A DNA stretch of 64,000 nt from an uncultured Candidatus Rokubacteria bacterium (GCA_963771355.1 CAVYTA010000005.1:128001-192000), one strand, 5' to 3'. Counted from the first letter of the stretch, positions 1 to 9,713 are shown. The notes: generated from the sequence alone by a model not told the origin. Numbers and translations are program-made.

Positions 1-422
1 TGCTGCTCGCCCCCGGACAGCGTGCCGCCCTTCTGGGCGGTGCGCTCGCGCAGCCGCGGAAACAGCGTGAACACACGCTCGAGGTCGGGCGCGATCGCGT
101 CGCGGTCGGCGCGGGCAAAGGCGCCCATCTCCAGGTTCTCGAGCACGGTCATGCGGGGGAAGATCCGGCGACCCTCCGGTGACTGGGCGATCCCCAGGCG
201 CACGATGCGGTCGGTGGCGAGCCCGTCCAGGCGCTGACCGTTGAAGGTGACGGTGCCCCGGCGCGGCCGCACCGCGCCGAGGATGGTGCGGAGGGTCGTC
301 GTCTTGCCGGCGCCGTTGGCGCCGATGAGGGTGACGATCTCCCTCGGCTCGACGACGAGCGAGATCCCGCGCAGGGCCCGGATATTGCCGTAGTAGGTAT
401 GCACGTCGTCGAGGGCGAGCAT
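1..422 (-). CDS. livF: Branched-chain amino acid ABC transporter ATP-binding protein (LivF-like), runs off the window start
   Basis: Manual minus-strand translation from ATG at 422: MLALDDVHTYYGNIRALRGISLVVEPREIVTLIGANGAGKTTTL...QSPEGRRIFPRMTVLENLEMGA. Contains Walker A and follows the LivM-LivG fusion. Not in the ORF track. Confidence 0.9.
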   Translation of the reverse strand, partial: MLALDDVHTYYGNIRALRGISLVVEPREIVTLIGANGAGKTTTLRTILGAVRPRRGTVTFNGQRLDGLATDRIVRLGIAQSPEGRRIFPRMTVLENLEMGAFARADRDAIAPDLERVFTLFPRLRERTAQKGGTLSGGEQ

Positions 423-427
423 GCCCG

Positions 428-2401
428 TTACCGGGCGCCGCCCGGCGCGGCGGGATCGGCCTCGTAGCCCGTGCCCAGGTAGGCCTCGATGACGCGCGGG
501 TGGCGCTGGATCTCCGCGGGCGTCCCCTCGGCGATGCGCGTGCCGTAGTCCAGCACGGTGATGCGGTCGGAGATCGTCATGACCACCTGCATGTCGTGCT
601 CGATGAGGAGGACCGACAGCGCCAGCTCGCGCCGCACGAGCGCGATCAGCTCGGTCAGGGTCTCCGTCTCGCGCGGATTCATCCCCGCGGACGGCTCGTC
701 GAGCAGGAGCAGGCGCGGCTCGGTGGCGAGCGCGCGGGCGATCTCCAGCCGCCGCTGGTCGCCGTAGGACAGGTTGCGCGCGAGGTCGTCCTCCTTGCCG
801 GCAAGCCCGGCGAAGGCCAGGACCTCCCGCGCCCGCGTGCGGGCGCGCGCCTCCTCCGCGACCACCGAGGGCGGCCGGATCACCGCGCCGGGGACGGTGG
901 CGCGGAGCCGGCAGTGCTCGCCCACCAGCGCGTTTTCCAGCACGGTCATGTTGGCGAAGAGCCGGATCGACTGGAAGGTGCGGGCGATCCCGCGGGCGAC
1001 GATGGCGTTCGGCCGCAGCCCGGCCAGCGGCTGCCCCTCGAAGGCGATGCGGCCGCCGTCGGGGCGGACGAGGCCGGTCACCACGTTGAAGAAGGTCGTC
1101 TTGCCGGCGCCGTTGGGACCGATCAAGCCGATGATCCCGCCTCGCGGGACGACGAGGTCGATCTCGTTGAGCGCGACTACCCCCCCGAAGCGCTTGGTGA
1201 GCCCGCGCACCTCGAGAATCGGCGCTCCCCTCGCCGCGCGTTCGTGACCGGCGCGCTCCTGCAGCCAGACCGGGATGGCCTCGATGCGCGGAGTCGGAGG
1301 CGGCGCGAGGTCGAGCGTGTCGTCGGCCTCTGCCACGAGGGGCCGGACCCGGCGCCCGGCGAGACCCTCGGGGCGGAGCAGCATCACGAGGACCAGGCCG
1401 AGGCCGAAGAAGAACCAGCGCCAGAGGGTGAGGTCGGCGGCGGCGAGCAGCGGCACGCCGAGGCCCCGGCCCACCCAGCGGGTGAAGAAGGTGGCCTCGG
1501 CGAGGACGACGCGATCGAAGAGGGTGATGAGCATCGCGCCCAGGATGACGCCCTTGAGGCTGCCGGCGCCGCCGAGGACGACCATGCACAGCAGCATGAT
1601 CGAGACCTGGAACTCGAACGCGCCCGGCGTGATGGCCTGGAGCTTGGCTGCGTAGATCGAGCCCGCGAAGCCGGAGAAGGAGGCGCCCAGCGCGAAGGCC
1701 AGCAGCTTGGTCGAGATCGGGTTCACGCCGGTGCAGTCGGCGGCGGTCTCATCCTCCCGGATGGCCATCCACGCGCGGCCCAGCCGCGAGTCCTGGAGCC
1801 GGCTCATCGCCCAGAGCGAGAGCGCGCCGACGATGAGGATCAGGAAGTACCACGGGATCGGATCGGTCTCGAACGGCACCCCGGGCAGGTAGGGGCGGCC
1901 CACGGGGTTAACCCCGTTCTCGCCGCCGGTGAGGTTGAGCCGCTCCACCGGCCGCCAGCCGGCGATGTCGACGGTGACGTCGCCGAGGTTGCGGATGGCG
2001 ACGGGGATGATCTCGCCGAACCCCAGGGTGATGATGGCCAGGTAATCGCCACGGACACGCAGGGTCGGCGCGCCGATGACCGCGCCGAGCAGCGCCGACA
2101 CCGCGGCGGCGATCCAGATGCAGAGCCAGAAGCTCCACGCGTGCCCGTAGAGCGGCGAGCCGAGGACGGGAGAGTTCAGGAGCCCCATGGCGTAGGCGCC
2201 GATGGCGAAGAACGCCGCGTAACCCAGGTCGAGGAGGCCCGCGTAGCCCACCACGATGTTGAGCCCCAGCGCGAGGAGCACGTAGATCATCCCGTCGGAC
2301 ACCGCGTGCACGGTCTGGAACCCCAGCATGCGATCGAGGAAGGGATAGCCGAGCAGCGCCACCACCAGCGCGGCCTGCCCGAGTCCGCGCCGCGCGACCA
2401 T
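428..2401 (-). CDS. Fused branched-chain amino acid ABC permease / ATP-binding protein (LivM-LivG fusion)
   Basis: N-terminal LivM motifs (GLNIVVGYAGLLDLGYAAF, LRVRGDYLAIITLGFGEI), C-terminal ATPase (GPNGAGKTT, LSYGDQRRLEIARAL, LLLLDEP, IEHDM). Confidence 0.93.
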   Translation of the reverse strand: MVARRGLGQAALVVALLGYPFLDRMLGFQTVHAVSDGMIYVLLALGLNIVVGYAGLLDLGYAAFFAIGAYAMGLLNSPVLGSPLYGHAWSFWLCIWIAAAVSALLGAVIGAPTLRVRGDYLAIITLGFGEIIPVAIRNLGDVTVDIAGWRPVERLNLTGGENGVNPVGRPYLPGVPFETDPIPWYFLILIVGALSLWAMSRLQDSRLGRAWMAIREDETAADCTGVNPISTKLLAFALGASFSGFAGSIYAAKLQAITPGAFEFQVSIMLLCMVVLGGAGSLKGVILGAMLITLFDRVVLAEATFFTRWVGRGLGVPLLAAADLTLWRWFFFGLGLVLVMLLRPEGLAGRRVRPLVAEADDTLDLAPPPTPRIEAIPVWLQERAGHERAARGAPILEVRGLTKRFGGVVALNEIDLVVPRGGIIGLIGPNGAGKTTFFNVVTGLVRPDGGRIAFEGQPLAGLRPNAIVARGIARTFQSIRLFANMTVLENALVGEHCRLRATVPGAVIRPPSVVAEEARARTRAREVLAFAGLAGKEDDLARNLSYGDQRRLEIARALATEPRLLLLDEPSAGMNPRETETLTELIALVRRELALSVLLIEHDMQVVMTISDRITVLDYGTRIAEGTPAEIQRHPRVIEAYLGTGYEADPAAPGGAR

Positions 2402-2407
2402 GCGCGC

Positions 2408-3346
2408 CTAGACCTTCTCGGGGGTACGGTCGCCCAGGAGACCCTGGGGACGGAACACGAGCACCAAGATGAGGATGGAAAACACGATGGCGTTCGTCCA
2501 GCGTGCCGAGATGTACTGATCGCTCCACGCGGAGAGGAAGCCGATGAGGAGGCCCCCCAGCGCCGCCCCCGGCATGTTGCCGATGCCGCCCAGCACGGCG
2601 GCGGTGAAGGCGCGCAGCCCGGCCTGGTAGCCCATCCACCACATGCCGATGTTGTAGTACATGCCCTGGATCAGCCCGGCGGCGCCCGCGAGCGCGCCCC
2701 CCACGAAGAAGGTCAGGAGGATGGTGCGCTCGACGTCGATGCCCATCGCCTGCGCGGTCTCGCGGTCCTGGGCGGTGGCCCGCATGGCCTTGCCCCAGCG
2801 GGTGCGGGTCACGAAGTAGTTCAGCGCGAGCATCAGCGGGAGCGTCGCCCCCACCACGAGGACGTCCTTGGTGGTGATGAAGATCGCGGAGTCGACGCCG
2901 AACCACTCGCGCAGGATGTCCACCGACGGAAACACGTCGGGGTAGGCGATGGGCGCGGGCCCCTTCCACAGGAGGGCCAGGTTCTCGAGCATGAACGACA
3001 CGCCGATGGCGGTGATGAGGGGCGCCAGTCGCGACGACCGGCGCAGCGGCCGGTAGGCGAACCGGTCGATGGAGACGTTGAGGAGCGCGGTGCTCAGCAT
3101 GGTGAGGAGGAAGACGAGCGGGAGGAGGGTGACGAGCTGCCAGGGGCCGAGGGTGGTGGAGACGCCGAGGAGCGTGAACCAGGCCAGCGAGATGAAGAGG
3201 CCGAGCATGAAGACGTCGCCGTGGGCGAAGTTGATCAGCTCCACGATGCCGTACACCATGGTGTAGCCCAGCGCGATCAGGGCGAAGACGGCGCCCCGGG
3301 TGAGGCCGTTGATGGTCTGCTGGACCAGAACTTCCCACCACTCCAA
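2408..3346 (-). CDS. livH: Branched-chain amino acid ABC transporter permease LivH
   Basis: ALIALGYTMVYGIVELINFAHGD and AFTAAVLGGIGN motifs; operon context. Confidence 0.93.
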   Translation of the reverse strand: MEWWEVLVQQTINGLTRGAVFALIALGYTMVYGIVELINFAHGDVFMLGLFISLAWFTLLGVSTTLGPWQLVTLLPLVFLLTMLSTALLNVSIDRFAYRPLRRSSRLAPLITAIGVSFMLENLALLWKGPAPIAYPDVFPSVDILREWFGVDSAIFITTKDVLVVGATLPLMLALNYFVTRTRWGKAMRATAQDRETAQAMGIDVERTILLTFFVGGALAGAAGLIQGMYYNIGMWWMGYQAGLRAFTAAVLGGIGNMPGAALGGLLIGFLSAWSDQYISARWTNAIVFSILILVLVFRPQGLLGDRTPEKV

Positions 3347-3366
3347 GGGTCGGGACCCGGCGAGGT

Positions 3367-3396
3367 GGGGGAGGGCCGGCCGCCCGGCCCTCCCCC
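3367..3396. other. Perfect 13-bp intercistronic stem-loop between the SBP gene and livH
   Basis: GGGGGAGGGCCGG-CCGC-CCGGCCCTCCCCC with no U-tract. Position is typical of an mRNA-stabilising hairpin downstream of an SBP gene (inference). Confidence 0.6.
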
Positions 3397-3406
3397 GGGT
3401 AGGGGG

Positions 3407-4672
3407 TTACTCGAGGATGGACTCGAACTGGAACTTGCAGCCGAGGGGCCCGTCCGCCTTCACCGCCTTGAAGCCGGACATGGTGTCGTAGTCGACGTCG
3501 CCGTTCTCGTCGAAGCTCCACTTGCCGTTGATGCCTTCGTAGTTCTTGGTGGACGCGATGGCCTTGCGCAGGGCCTCGCGCTTCTCCGTGGGGTCCTTGG
3601 CCTTCTCGATGGCGGGGGCGGCCCGCTTGATGGCGTCGATGATGACGCGGGTGCCCTCGGCGGCGTAGAGCGCGTAGGACGTGGGCTCCTTGCCGTACTT
3701 GGCCTTGTAGGTCTCATAGGTCTTGGCGCCCACGCCCCGCATCTTCTCGAAGGGCAGGCCGGCGAAGGTGATCCGCATCTCGGTGGCGAGGGCGGCGTCG
3801 CAGGTAGCGCCCTTCAGCAGCTCTTCCTCGAGGAGACCGTCCGGCCCCATGAAGCGGGTGCGCGGCGCGGTGAGCCCGACCTCCTTCATCTGCCGGATCA
3901 CCACCTGGGCGCCCGTCTCGATGACACCGCCCATGTAGACGAGGTCGGCGCCGGACGCGCGGATCTTGGTGAGGATGGGCTTCTGGTCCGGCTGCTTCCA
4001 GTCGATGCCCTCGTTGGCGACCACGGCCAGCCCGATCTTCTTGGCGGTGGCCTCGAAGACGTCGGCGATGCCCTTGCCGTAGAGCTCCTGGTCGTTGAGG
4101 ATGAACACCTTCTTGGTGCCGAGGCGCTTGGCCCACTTGGCGGCCACCGCGCCCTGGATGTCGTCGGCGGGGACGGGCCGGAAGTAGTTCACGAAGCCGC
4201 CGGGCCGGTAGATCTCCGGCTCCCCGGGGGCGGCGCCGCGCTTCTTGGTGAGGCCGGGGTAGGTGTTGGCCGGAGTCACCTGGGCCATGTGGGCGCGGTT
4301 GGTGATGGGGATGGAGACCTTCGCCGCGCCGGAGTTGTACGTGCCGATGTAAACGATGGCCAGCGGATCGCCGACTGCCTTGTTGGCGTTCTCCGCCTCC
4401 ACCGCGCCGTCCCACTTGCCGGTCTGCGGCGAGGCGTCGTCGAGGTTGATGACTTCCAGGCAGAACCCGGCGGCTGTTCCGCCCGCTTCCGCGACGGCGA
4501 GGTCCACGCCGTTCTTCATCCCGGTGCCTTCAGGGAGCATCGCTCCCTGCATGGGCCACGAGGTGTAGAAGCGCAGCTTGCCCTTTGGGCATTGCTGAGC
4601 CTCGGTCGGGGTGGAGAAGGCGGCGATGCCCAGGAGCGCGACGGTGAGGGCGAGGACGCGTGTGACTCTCAT
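3407..4672 (-). CDS. Branched-chain amino acid ABC transporter substrate-binding protein (LivJ/K family)
   Basis: Signal peptide; YIGTYNSGAAK, TPANTYPGLT and DDIQG motifs; first gene of the liv operon. Confidence 0.92.
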   Translation of the reverse strand: MRVTRVLALTVALLGIAAFSTPTEAQQCPKGKLRFYTSWPMQGAMLPEGTGMKNGVDLAVAEAGGTAAGFCLEVINLDDASPQTGKWDGAVEAENANKAVGDPLAIVYIGTYNSGAAKVSIPITNRAHMAQVTPANTYPGLTKKRGAAPGEPEIYRPGGFVNYFRPVPADDIQGAVAAKWAKRLGTKKVFILNDQELYGKGIADVFEATAKKIGLAVVANEGIDWKQPDQKPILTKIRASGADLVYMGGVIETGAQVVIRQMKEVGLTAPRTRFMGPDGLLEEELLKGATCDAALATEMRITFAGLPFEKMRGVGAKTYETYKAKYGKEPTSYALYAAEGTRVIIDAIKRAAPAIEKAKDPTEKREALRKAIASTKNYEGINGKWSFDENGDVDYDTMSGFKAVKADGPLGCKFQFESILE

Positions 4673-4808
4673 GACTGGCCTCCCTGATCGGCGGTAAGAT
4701 CGGGACCCGGGTCGAGTTCCGCCGTATGAGACTATGGCTCCCGCTCGATTGTCAACGGCCCATCAGCCGCTCACCCGGCGAGCACTCGGTGAGGGAGGGG
4801 AGAACATC

Positions 4809-5654
4809 GTGCCGTCACCGCGCGTGATCTACGAGCCGAAACCAGGGTCCCCGCTGGCCGTCGACCGCGACTTCTACGCGCGCCTCGCGCGCGAGACCGG
4901 CTCCCGCACGCTGGTCGAGCGCTTCGTCGTCCCGCGGCGCTCGGGCCGGGCGTGGCCTCTCCGCGCGGGACAGATCGTTCGTATCGTCGCCGTGGAAGGC
5001 CCGCAGGTCGCGGACCTCAACGTGTGGAGCCTCACCAATCCGCGCGAGCGGTTCTGGGCCGCGCGTACCCGGCAGCTCCACCAGGCGCACCTCACGACCT
5101 TCGACCGCCTCTGGTCGTGCCTGCCCTACCTGCGGCCCATGCTCACCATCACCGCCGACACGATCCAGTACGGGCGCGACGCGGACGGCGGCGGCTGCCA
5201 CGACCTCCTGGGAACCCGCTGCGACCCCTACGTGCACAAGCTGCTCAACGGGGAAGAGTTCGATCTCTGCTGCCACAGTAACCTCGTGCGCGCAGTGCGG
5301 CCCTACCACCTCGCGGAGCGGGACGTCCACGACGTGCTGAATGTCTTCCAGGTCACCGGCCTCACCGCGGAGGGCCGCTACTTCGTCAAGCCGAGTCCGG
5401 CCCGGCGCGGCGACTTCCTCGAGTGCTTCGCCGAGATCGACGTGCTGTGCGCCATCTCCGTCTGCCCGCACGGCGACCTCTCGGTGCCGGTGTGGGGGCC
5501 GGACGCCGGCGATGCCCTCGCCGTCTGCCGGCCACTCGGGGTCGAGATCTGGGAGCCGGCGCCGGCCCTGCTGGGCGAGTGGCGCCCGCCCGCCGTCTCC
5601 GACTATCGCGGCGGCCACGGCCTGCGCGGCCCCGAGGACGGCCTCGATGGCTGA
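4809..5654 (+). CDS. DUF1989 / urea carboxylase-associated family protein
   Basis: EGPQVADLNVW, HDLLGTRCDPY, CHSNL, HDVLNVFQ and SVCP motifs. GTG start at 4809 after a GGAGGGGG RBS (the track ORF begins at 4734). Confidence 0.85.
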   Translation: MPSPRVIYEPKPGSPLAVDRDFYARLARETGSRTLVERFVVPRRSGRAWPLRAGQIVRIVAVEGPQVADLNVWSLTNPRERFWAARTRQLHQAHLTTFDRLWSCLPYLRPMLTITADTIQYGRDADGGGCHDLLGTRCDPYVHKLLNGEEFDLCCHSNLVRAVRPYHLAERDVHDVLNVFQVTGLTAEGRYFVKPSPARRGDFLECFAEIDVLCAISVCPHGDLSVPVWGPDAGDALAVCRPLGVEIWEPAPALLGEWRPPAVSDYRGGHGLRGPEDGLDG

Positions 5655-6243
5655 CCTCGTCACAATTCCTGCGCGCCGCGGTATTGCGGCACGGGTGCGG
5701 GCCGGCCAGCACGTCCGCATCGTCAACACGCACGGCACCCAGGTGGTGGACGCCTGGGCGTTCAGCACGGCGGACCCCACGGAGTGGATGGCGATGGAGG
5801 CCAGCCGCGCGTGGTTCCTGAAGCTGGCGGCGGCCGTCGGGGATTCGTTCGTGACGAACCGGCGGCGCCCCATCCTCACCCTGGTGGAGGACACGTCGGG
5901 CTGCGCCCATGACACGCTCATGGCGCCCTGCGACCGGTATCGCTACGCGCTCCTCGGCGTCGAGGGGTACCACGACAATTGCCGAGACAACCTCCACGCC
6001 GCCCTGGCCGAGCTCGGCGTCACGATCCCGGCCACGCCGCCCTCCCTCAACGTGTTCATGAATATTCCATGGACGGCCGCCGGCGCGCTTGCGTGGGGTG
6101 AGCCCGTGTCGGCGCCGGGGAGCTACGCGCGCTTCCGGGCAGAGATGGACCTGGTGGTGGCGTTCTCCGCGTGTCCCCAGGACATTCTCCCCATCAACGG
6201 GCGGACCGGGCGGACCACCGAGGCGCACTTCACGATCGAGTAG
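5647..6243 (+). CDS. DUF1989 / urea carboxylase-associated family protein (second paralog)
   Basis: MADLVTIPARRG..GTQVVDAWAF..HDTLMAPCD..HDNCRDNL..LNVFMNIP..FSACPQD; overlaps the upstream stop codon. Confidence 0.87.
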   Translation: MADLVTIPARRGIAARVRAGQHVRIVNTHGTQVVDAWAFSTADPTEWMAMEASRAWFLKLAAAVGDSFVTNRRRPILTLVEDTSGCAHDTLMAPCDRYRYALLGVEGYHDNCRDNLHAALAELGVTIPATPPSLNVFMNIPWTAAGALAWGEPVSAPGSYARFRAEMDLVVAFSACPQDILPINGRTGRTTEAHFTIE

Positions 6244-6350
6244 GAGGGTGCGAATCCGCCGCCCCGGCGTCAGGGGCTCGGTGATCTCATTGGAGGAGCT
6301 CGTCCGCTCGACCGTGGGCCGAGACGGAGTCAGGGTGATAGGCTGGCGCG

Positions 6351-7235
6351 GTGCTCTTCTTCGCCTCCCTCCTCGTGGACGGGATTCTCGCCGGGGCCGT
6401 CTATGCTCTGATCGCGCTCGCCTTCGTCGTGGTCTACAAGGCCTCGCGCATGATCAACTTCGCGCTGGGCGAGTGGGTGATGTTCGGCTCGCGCCTGGCG
6501 GCGATGGGGCTGCATGCGGCGGGGCTCGGGCCGGCGGGCGCACTCGCCTTCGCCGGCGCCGCCATGGTGGCGCTCGCGCTGGCCTTCAATCGCGTGGTGC
6601 TACGGCGGCTCGTCGGGCAGCCGCTGATCGGCGTCATCATGGTGACCCTGGGCCTGGGCGCGCTGATGCGCGGGGTGGCGCCGATCCTCTTCGCGGGCCT
6701 TCCCGTGGCGATCCCGCTACCGATTCCCGAGGAGCCGATCGAAATCCACGGCATCCGAATCCCCGCCGGCCGGGTGGTGGCCCTGGCGGTGGCGGCGGCG
6801 GCCATCGCCAGCGTGAGCGCGTTCTTCCGCTGGAGCCGCACCGGCGTCGCGCTGCGGGCGCTCGCCGACGATCAGCAGGTCGCGGCCTCGATGGGCATCG
6901 ACGTCCACCGGCACCTCGCCATCGCGTGGGGCATGGTGGGCGTGCTCGCGGTGATCGGGGGCACGCTCTGGACCCTCGTGACGGGCGGGGGCTTCAGCCT
7001 GGTGCTGCTCGGCCTCAAGGTCTTTCCCATCGTCGTGATCGGCGGCCTCGACAGCATCCCAGGGAGCATCGTGGGCGCGGTGGCCATCGGCGTGCTCGAG
7101 AGCCTGACCGCGGGCTACGTGGACCCCCTTCTCGGCGCGGGGTTCAGCAGTGTCGCCCCGTACGTCCTGCTCCTCGGCGTGCTCTTCGTGCGACCCCATG
7201 GGATATTCGGCCGGCCGGAGGCGCGGCGAGTGTAG
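6351..7235 (+). CDS. Branched-chain amino acid ABC permease (LivH-like), orphan
   Basis: YALIALAFVVVYKASRMINFALGE and VVIGGLDSIPG motifs; no partner subunits adjacent. Confidence 0.88.
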   Translation: MLFFASLLVDGILAGAVYALIALAFVVVYKASRMINFALGEWVMFGSRLAAMGLHAAGLGPAGALAFAGAAMVALALAFNRVVLRRLVGQPLIGVIMVTLGLGALMRGVAPILFAGLPVAIPLPIPEEPIEIHGIRIPAGRVVALAVAAAAIASVSAFFRWSRTGVALRALADDQQVAASMGIDVHRHLAIAWGMVGVLAVIGGTLWTLVTGGGFSLVLLGLKVFPIVVIGGLDSIPGSIVGAVAIGVLESLTAGYVDPLLGAGFSSVAPYVLLLGVLFVRPHGIFGRPEARRV

Positions 7236-7307
7236 TGAGTGCTTGCTGATTCTTGCTGAAACTTCCCCCCGCATGCCCGCGGGACGTGGGCGGGTCCTCG
7301 AAAAGTC

Positions 7308-7475
7308 ATGATCTTCCCGGCCACGCTTCCGCTCGTCCTCGGCTGTTTCTTGCTCTTGCTCGTGGCCCTGGTGTTCGTGGGCGAGTGGAGGATCCTCGGA
7401 TACGCCTACCGGAAGATCGGTGTGCCGGCGCGCTACATGTTCGTCGTCCTGCTGCTGTCGCTGGTCGGCAGCAAC
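7308..7475 (+). pseudogene. N-terminal fragment resembling a DUF1614 membrane protein
   Basis: MIFPATLPLVLG...ILGYAYRKIGVPARYMFVVLLLSLVGSN resembles the DUF1614 N-terminus (recalled, not searched), then degrades and stops at 7562. Confidence 0.4.
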
Positions 7476-7590
7476 GGCCGCGGCGCGGGAGCCCGGCCGC
7501 GTGCGGTCTGTGGACCAAATGAGTCCACTCCGGGCCTCGGCTTGACTGGATCGACGGCGTAATCTAGTCTCGTGCTGTCCGAAGCTCGGC

Positions 7591-7782
7591 GCCGACTCCG
7601 GCGTCGGCGTGCTGGAATCCGAGCTTAAGCGCATCTTCGACCCATTCGTCACCACCAAGTCTCAGGGACTGGGCATGGGCCTGGCGATCAGCCGCTCGAT
7701 CATCGAGGCGCACGGTGGTCGGATCTGGGCAACGGCCAACGAGGACCACGGGCTCACCGTCAACGTCGAGCTCCCCATGTGA
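7591..7782 (+). pseudogene. C-terminal HATPase_c fragment of a FixL/NodV-class histidine kinase
   Basis: Manual translation ADSGVGVLESELKRIFDPFVTTKSQGLGMGLAISRSIIEAHGGRIWATANEDHGLTVNVELPM* contains the G1, F and G2 boxes. No start codon or upstream kinase body. Confidence 0.8.
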
Positions 7783-7866
7783 AAGCGCCGCGCCGCTGAC
7801 TCGGCCGTGTGCCAAGTACGGTCGGCCACTATCTCCGACTAATTCGCCGAGGTGTGCGATCGACCC

Positions 7867-8961
7867 ATGACCAGACCGTGGCAGCCTGACCACGAATTCG
7901 AAGAGCGCATCTCGTCCCGTCTGCTCGACGTCTTGATCCGTGCCGGCCTGATCGGCCTCCTGGCGGCGCTGTGCTACGTCGTCTTCGCGCCCTTCCTGAC
8001 GCTGATGGCGTGGGCGCTCATCCTGGCCGTCACGCTCTATCCCTTGCAGCGATGGCTCGCCCGCCAGGTTGGTGGGAGGCAGGGCCTCGCCGCGACCATG
8101 CTCGTCGTGGGCGGCGCCATCCTCATCGTCATCCCGACAGCGCTCCTGCTAAATTCCTTCGGGAGCTCCGTCCACGAGGTCGTCACCGCCGTGCAACACG
8201 GAACCCTGCAGGTACCTCCGCCGCGAGCGGGCATCCAGGAATGGCCGATCGTCGGCACGAAGGTCTATGGCTTCTGGTCGAAGGCGCACAGCGATCTTCC
8301 GGGCCTCGTCGACAGCATGCAGCCGAAGATCGGCGACCTGGCCCGGAAGGCGCTGTCGACCGTGGCCAGCATCGGCCTCGGGATCCTGCAATTCCTCGCG
8401 TCATTCATCGTGGCCGGTATCTTGACGGCGTACGGCGAGGCGGGCACGCGCGGGAGTCAAGCGATCTTCGAGCGCGTCATCGGGCGCGAGCGAGGCGAAA
8501 GCTTCAGGAGGCTCTCCACCGCCACGATCCGGGCCGTGGCGCAGGGAGTCATCGGCGTCGCTTTCATTCAGGCGATCCTGGTCGGCCTCGCGCTTCTTCT
8601 CGCGGGCATCCCCTTGGCGGGGGTTCTGGCGGCCATCACGCTCGTGCTGAGCATTGCTCAGGTCCCGGCACTCATCGTCACGCTTCCCGCGATCGTGTAC
8701 CTCTGGTCGAGCGGCAGCTACAGCAGCGGCGCCGCCATCGCTCACACGATCACCTTGTTGCTCTCGGGCATGGCCGACAACGTCCTGAAGCCGATGATGC
8801 TGGGTCGCGGCGTCGATGCCCCGATGCCGGTCATCCTGCTCGGGGCCCTGGGCGGCATGGCCACTCACGGGATCCTGGGGATGTTCGTGGGGGCCACGCT
8901 CCTGGCCCTCGGGTATCAGATCTTCATGAGCTGGATCGCCCCCAGCTCGGATACCGCGTGA
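7867..8961 (+). CDS. AI-2E family transporter
   Basis: WALILAVTLYP, ADNVLKPMMLGRGVDAPM and GILGMFVGATLLA motifs; multiple TM helices. Confidence 0.9.
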   Translation: MTRPWQPDHEFEERISSRLLDVLIRAGLIGLLAALCYVVFAPFLTLMAWALILAVTLYPLQRWLARQVGGRQGLAATMLVVGGAILIVIPTALLLNSFGSSVHEVVTAVQHGTLQVPPPRAGIQEWPIVGTKVYGFWSKAHSDLPGLVDSMQPKIGDLARKALSTVASIGLGILQFLASFIVAGILTAYGEAGTRGSQAIFERVIGRERGESFRRLSTATIRAVAQGVIGVAFIQAILVGLALLLAGIPLAGVLAAITLVLSIAQVPALIVTLPAIVYLWSSGSYSSGAAIAHTITLLLSGMADNVLKPMMLGRGVDAPMPVILLGALGGMATHGILGMFVGATLLALGYQIFMSWIAPSSDTA

Positions 8962-9014
8962 CCGAACTGTTCTGGCGCTCAAGAAGTAAGCCTGACGACG
9001 GGGTAGAAGGCTGG

Positions 9015-9713
9015 TCAGCCTCCGAGGCCCAGGTACGTCGTGGTGATCCGCTCGTTGGCGCGGAGCTCGGCCGGCGTGCCCTCGAAGACGATGGTCCCGT
9101 GATCGATGATGTAGACGCGATCGGCGAGCCCGAGCGCCATCTCGGCATTCTGCTCGACCAGCAGCATGCTGACGTGCTCGCGCTTGAGCTCCCGCACGGT
9201 TCCCATGACGGCCTCGACCACCAGCGGCGCCAGCCCCTGTGACGGCTCGTCCAGGAGGAGCAGATCCGGGCCCGTCAGCAGCGCGCGGGCAATGGCAAGC
9301 ATCTGCTGCTCGCCGCCGGAGAGAAAGCGCCCCTTGCGGTCCAGCACCTCGCGCAGCTTGGGGAAGCGCTCGAGCATGCTCTCCATCGGCCAGCGCGAGC
9401 CGGGCCGGCGGGCGATGTCCAGGTTCTCGCGCGCGGTGAGATAGGAGAAGATGCCGCGCGTCTCGGGGACCAGGGCGATGCCGAGCCGGGAGATCCGATG
9501 GGCGGGAAGGCCGACGATGCTGGCTCCCTTGTAGGTGATCGCGCCGCTCCGGGGCGGCGTGAGGCCGGTGATGGATCGGAGCGTCGTGGTCTTGCCGGCG
9601 CCGTTTCGCCCCAGGAGCGCCACCACTTCTCCCTCGTCGACCCCGAGGGAGAGACCGTGCAGGATGTGGCCGAGCCCGTAGTAGGTGTCGATGCCCCGGA
9701 CCTCGAGGATCAT
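9015..9713 (-). CDS. ABC transporter ATP-binding protein (LivF-like)
   Basis: Start MILEVRGIDTYYG at 9713; GRNGAGKTT, LSGGEQQMLAIARAL, VEQNA. Confidence 0.92.
   Translation of the reverse strand: MILEVRGIDTYYGLGHILHGLSLGVDEGEVVALLGRNGAGKTTTLRSITGLTPPRSGAITYKGASIVGLPAHRISRLGIALVPETRGIFSYLTARENLDIARRPGSRWPMESMLERFPKLREVLDRKGRFLSGGEQQMLAIARALLTGPDLLLLDEPSQGLAPLVVEAVMGTVRELKREHVSMLLVEQNAEMALGLADRVYIIDHGTIVFEGTPAELRANERITTTYLGLGG

Noticed and set aside
500..4687. 1395-aa plus-strand ORF
   Set aside because: Antisense shadow of the liv operon; stop codons are scarce on the opposite strand of GC-rich genes and the translation has no domain signal.
7510..7528. Palindrome GTGGAC-N7-GTCCAC resembling the GGACC operator
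   Set aside because: Different spacing from the 7-2-7 sites and lies in a scar region; a single occurrence is not persuasive.
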